Shown in pieces: positions 1 to 33,294 of a stretch of DNA of 33,294 nt. The notes beneath the pieces were generated by a model, which searched no databases, was not told where the DNA came from, and saw only the letters and a list, made by a program, of their open reading frames with translations. This stretch comes from Sphaeroforma arctica JP610 (taxonomy: Eukaryota). Location: NCBI RefSeq assembly GCF_001186125.1, contig NW_014040319.1, positions 51,478 to 84,771 on the forward strand. The letters run 5' to 3'. How positions within the stretch are numbered: the stretch's first letter is position 1; each line of letters opens with the position of its first letter. Both the position numbers and the translations under genes were made by a program.

Positions 1-185
1 ATACATACACAACACACACACACATACATACATACATACATACATACATACATACATACATAAATGTATGCATGCATGCATACATATGTACGTACGTACA
101 TACATACATACATTCATACATACATGCATACATTCATACATATATACATACACACATACATATATACATACATACTTACATACAT

Positions 186-221
<36 letters not shown>
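1..221. repeat. Compound microsatellite (TACA)n/(CA)n/(TA)n
   Basis: Read directly from the sequence. Confidence 0.95.
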
Positions 222-222
<1 letters not shown>

Positions 223-769
223 ATTCTGAACTCGAAATTTCATAACCAAATTGAGAGATGCCGCGACAGGTGTATTTTAGACTGCCTATAAATTGGAGTT
301 GTACGGAATTTGAAGGATAGTGGTAAAGCTTAGAATGATACAAGTGTTCTGTGATATTCAGCGGTTCAAATTCTGAACTCGGTACAGATATTATGAACTA
401 TGTATATGTGGTAGTACGGTATAGTTGTGATACTACGTATTATATTTTTTGTATATTTACATATATATTTGTGCATTCACACACGTTTACGACTTACATT
501 CGTGTGTTAAGCATTACAAGAAAAAAAAAATGGTACATGTCACTTGATTATACCATTCAGTAGTAAAATAGAACTTGTGCTATAATTAAAAAGCCACTGA
601 TAAAGAAGCTTTAATGTTTGTATTTTTTAGTACTGTCTGGTGGATGAGCTTGAGCGTTGATGAATCGCGCTCCCGGCAAATTCAAGATATCTCTGGGGTA
701 ATATACTATTACCACGATACATGTATATATATATATATATATATTTAAAAAGAAACAAAGACTCATAGC

Positions 770-930
770 CTCATTGGCCATAGCCTTCTTTTAAAAAGGC
801 AATACACTGTTCGGTACTACTTTATAGTCAAACCGCCTCTTTTCGCCATCCAATAATGTGTTTGCGCGCGAAACTATGGCCAATTGCAATCATCATCGAA
901 GCGAATGGGCATTTCGAGGTGGATTTCAAA
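770..930 (+). promoter_or_regulatory. Putative CHD promoter with an E2F-like site and CCAAT boxes
   Basis: TTTGCGCGCGAAA at 861-873 contains TTTCGCGC on the minus strand. CCAAT occurs at 850-854 and 880-884, ATTGG at 773-777, and TTCAAA (reverse of CHR TTTGAA) at 925-930. Confidence 0.35.
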
Positions 931-1398
931 GTCTCAAACTAAGTGATTCTGTATTTTTGGGACTCTCCAGTCTCCGTCACTCTCCGGTGATTTGTCTGAT
1001 GAGGAGGTTCTGAAGTCCTGGACCTGATATGTGCACACAGTATTTATATATTTACAAGCGCTACAACTCATGTGCTAATTTATAAATATACATGTAACAT
1101 AGAATAGCACGAAACTTCACGTAACCCCGAATGGACTTCTTCCTATCAGTCTGCTATAAACATCACGCACAATCTCTTGGGAGGAGGTACTTCACATGTT
1201 GTCGGGTTTCTCGTGCTCGTTTTAGCATTCCCATATGCGCAAGTAGCTTCCTCACTTCCGATAGTTACACTCGTTTCTAGTTTGACATATCAGAGTAGTG
1301 CTAAATGATACTTAATAGCACTCATAGGTAAGTGCCAATTAAAGTGCGCAACTTATACACGATAAATTTATATACTTTGATATATACTTACGATCACG

Positions 1399-24096
<22,698 letters not shown>

Positions 24097-24192
24097 AAGA
24101 CTCTGATTCTGCATCGCACTGACATGAGAGGAGGTATCCTGTAGAGTGACAGCTCCCGGCAGCCTACATAGTAGAGTGGTAGCTCAAGTAAA

Positions 24193-24198
24193 AATAAA
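24193..24198 (+). promoter_or_regulatory. Candidate polyadenylation signal for the CHD gene
   Basis: AATAAA about 100 nt after the stop codon; a second copy is at 24367-24372. Confidence 0.3.
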
Positions 24199-24393
24199 AG
24201 TTTCGGCCATAGTACTGTTACCTCTACCACTACTTTATTTGCCTGTAAGAGATAGCTTCTTCAGTTATACTGGGTGTGCGCATAATTGAAATCTGCAACT
24301 TTCGTCTAAAAGCTAGCATTTGGGACTAGTCTAAAAAGCGTACGGTACTGCATACTTTGGAAAAATAATAAAAATCAGAATTGATCTATATAT

Positions 24394-24398
24394 AAAAA
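24394..24398 (-). terminator. Pol III oligo-T terminator of the tRNA gene
   Basis: TTTTT on the minus strand, one base after the discriminator. Confidence 0.75.
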
Positions 24399-24399
24399 T

Positions 24400-24485
24400 T
24401 TGCCGCACGCGGAATCGAACCGCAATCTCCCGCTGTCACACTCTGAGGTCAGAGGCGAACGTGCTAACCATTACACCATGCAGCT
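24400..24485 (-). tRNA. tRNA-Gln(CUG) with a 14-nt canonical intron (24435-24448); atypical acceptor stem
   Basis: Minus strand: AGCTGCA TG GTGT AATGGTTA GCAC G TTCGC CT CTG A [CCTCAGAGTGTGAC] A GCGGG AGAT TGCGG TTCGATT CCGCG TGCGGCA A. Mature length is 72 nt. A box (TGGTGTAATGG) and B box (GGTTCGATTCC) are intact, the D arm is Gln-type, and the anticodon lies at 24450-24452. Confidence 0.88.
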
Positions 24486-25002
24486 GATAATATAGTAACA
24501 CATTTTTGGTATATATTCATCTTTGTTGAATGCTAATTTGCTTTTGTCCTACTTTTAATATTCATAGTGTCTTTTAATTGTCGCACCACTCGCTTAAGTC
24601 TCTCTCTTGGCTTTATTTACGGGAATTCTTGCGGTTTATTTGTACCAAGAAAAGCTAATCCAGAGGACCGTGAGAAAAGGCGGGCTTTAAATTATCCCAA
24701 GGACGTGGTCGTGGTCACTGGCGAGTGGCGACGGTGGTGTTGGAAAGAAAGCCGAACGGGTAAATACGAGTGTATACTTTATATGTGTAGATATTTACTT
24801 AATATGTAAATACATACATTAAGCATATATGTAGTACATATTTGTTGTTATGTATTTATCTGTAGTATTTACACATACGATCTTTAGTAGTAGTACATCT
24901 ATGTATCTATAGTACATATAGGTATGTATCTACATATTTATAAATATAAAGCATAGAAGAGCACAAGATCAGTTTCGAATAGCATATTGTCATCATTCGG
25001 TC

Positions 25003-31719
<6,717 letters not shown>

Positions 31720-32870
31720 TCATTAAAATCCGTTATTATTAATATACACGTGAAAATATTTACGGCAGGTTTTCAACTATTTTTGGGATATTGAGTAGAG
31801 GTCACAAAATCTGCCTATATGATTATCTATCAGCACATAATTTTCTGATGCCGATTTCCCCATTAGATAGAATCATGTAGGGATTGTGACCCCAAATAGT
31901 CATTTTAATCGGAAATTTAGTGCGCTATTCCTGATTTTATGTATTGATAGCAAGCGCTTTGATTCGCTGAACATTGTAAAATGACAAAAGTATTACGGTA
32001 ATGGCAGTCCTCCAAAATACTAAAAACAATTATGTTCACTTCATCTTCAAATATGTATTTAGCCGCATTAATGACAGTCAGTATCGGGTTGGGTTTTAGT
32101 GCACAAAATACACTGCTGCCAGCTTCAAGCAAGTTCACATCTTGGTACTGTACGCCCCCCTTTGTGTCAGCTAATAATGATGGAATATATACCTAGCCCG
32201 TATTGAGATTGCTGTAGATGGAGCTGGTAACCAGTGACTACTGTCCACTATTCTTCCTTCTTGGACGGACTTGTTGTCTGCATTATATAAGAATACTCTA
32301 TATGAAGTGAAGCCTAAATTCAAATAAATGTCTGACGACTAAATTTTAAATAAACGTCTAAACCGAATCCACCAACGATTCATCACATCCACAATCCATG
32401 GCGTGTACCCACACAATCGCATGTGTGATACGTGGAGTCATGGGCAGAGGCAGAAAATGAAGGGCAACACCACTCTGCCCGAATATGCGGCACGCGATGC
32501 CTAGTTTTTCTTTTCTATGTCGCCATAGAGATCATAACATTTCTGAAACTTTCTTATTAAAAACAAACAAACAAAACAGGCTCAAAAAGCCACAGATTGA
32601 AAAGATTAGCAGCATGGCGACGAATGAAAAAGAGTGGTCCGACGTAATTTTATGGTGAAATATGCTCAAATTTTGACAATTGCTCACAGACCACAGTTTT
32701 GTCAAATTCTGAAATCCTGTTTTAGTAGTGGGCACTGGGCTATGGAAATCCACAGGAAATCTGTTGTACTTGTTTACCACTTCACAACAAACAAATATAC
32801 GGGCTCCCGGCCTGGTACTGTTAATACTTTGTAGTTTATCTAAGTGGATAGCAGGTAGCATTGTCACAAA

Positions 32871-33071
32871 ATGGTATTTATTCAAGCCGCGCTTGTAGTA
32901 CTGTGTGCCTGTGGAGATATCTGGGCCTCGCCGGTATCTCTAGAGGCACCTAATCAGTCTGCCGCCAAGGCCGCGCAACCTAAATATACACCTGGAGTAG
33001 ATTATGACACCTGGGGACCTAATATTGGGATTTTGACCACTCCGTGGGGACCTGATAAAGAAGCCGATAAA
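32871..33071 (+). CDS. GGH: First exon of a secreted protein, probably gamma-glutamyl hydrolase (peptidase C26); the gene continues beyond the window
   Basis: AAAATG start context and a hydrophobic signal peptide (MVFIQAALVVLCACGDIWASP). PNIGILTTP resembles the GGH N-terminal P-x-IGIL motif. The exon ends at donor AAA|GTACGT at 33072. Only 67 codons are visible. Confidence 0.55.
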
Positions 33072-33294
33072 GTACGTGTCCACCTAGTGGTTATTTAGTT
33101 GTTCTCGTTCTTTCTCGATCATCTTTCGAAATCGGTACACAGTCAATTAGTTTTCATCGAATTGTAGAGAATAGTTGCACTCGAATCCTTTCGTACGATT
33201 CTATAGATGAGAACAATGGTCTTCAACCTTGTGATTATCAAGAATTTGAAGAAAAATTGCTCTGCGAACGATGACTAGACATTATATTATATAT

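Noticed and set aside
876..1013. 45-codon ORF upstream of the CHD gene (possible uORF)
   Set aside because: Length is within chance expectation and the TSS is unknown.
31917..32290. Minus-strand open stretch of ~90 codons between DHX35 and the GGH-like gene
   Set aside because: No ATG start, no convincing splice pattern and no recognisable domain; a tBLASTn search would be needed to revive it.
32442..32480. 8-bp inverted repeat GGGCAGAG/CTCTGCCC
   Set aside because: Too short to distinguish from chance, with no TSD or other element features.

Overview
Intron-rich eukaryotic genomic DNA using the standard code, with GT-AG introns, many AT/GT microsatellites and two assembly gaps. It contains: (1) a ~22.7-kb, 34-exon plus-strand gene for a subfamily III (CHD6-9/Kismet-like) chromodomain SNF2 remodeler of about 2,657 aa, with every exon junction phase-compatible; (2) a minus-strand, intron-containing tRNA gene with a CTG anticodon (Gln) but an atypical body, including an A1·A72 mismatch and A73; (3) a complete 15-exon DHX35 DEAH-box helicase gene of about 698 aa; (4) the first exon of a probable secreted gamma-glutamyl hydrolase. 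The points most worth a second look are the atypical tRNA, repeated 90-150-nt tandem duplications in introns (two copy exon ends, one creating a competing splice donor), PIP-box-like and SUMO-interaction motifs in the CHD protein together with an E2F/CCAAT-like promoter, and 3' splice sites that often lack a U-rich tract. I cannot establish a wholly new biological system from the sequence alone, and the organism is not identified.
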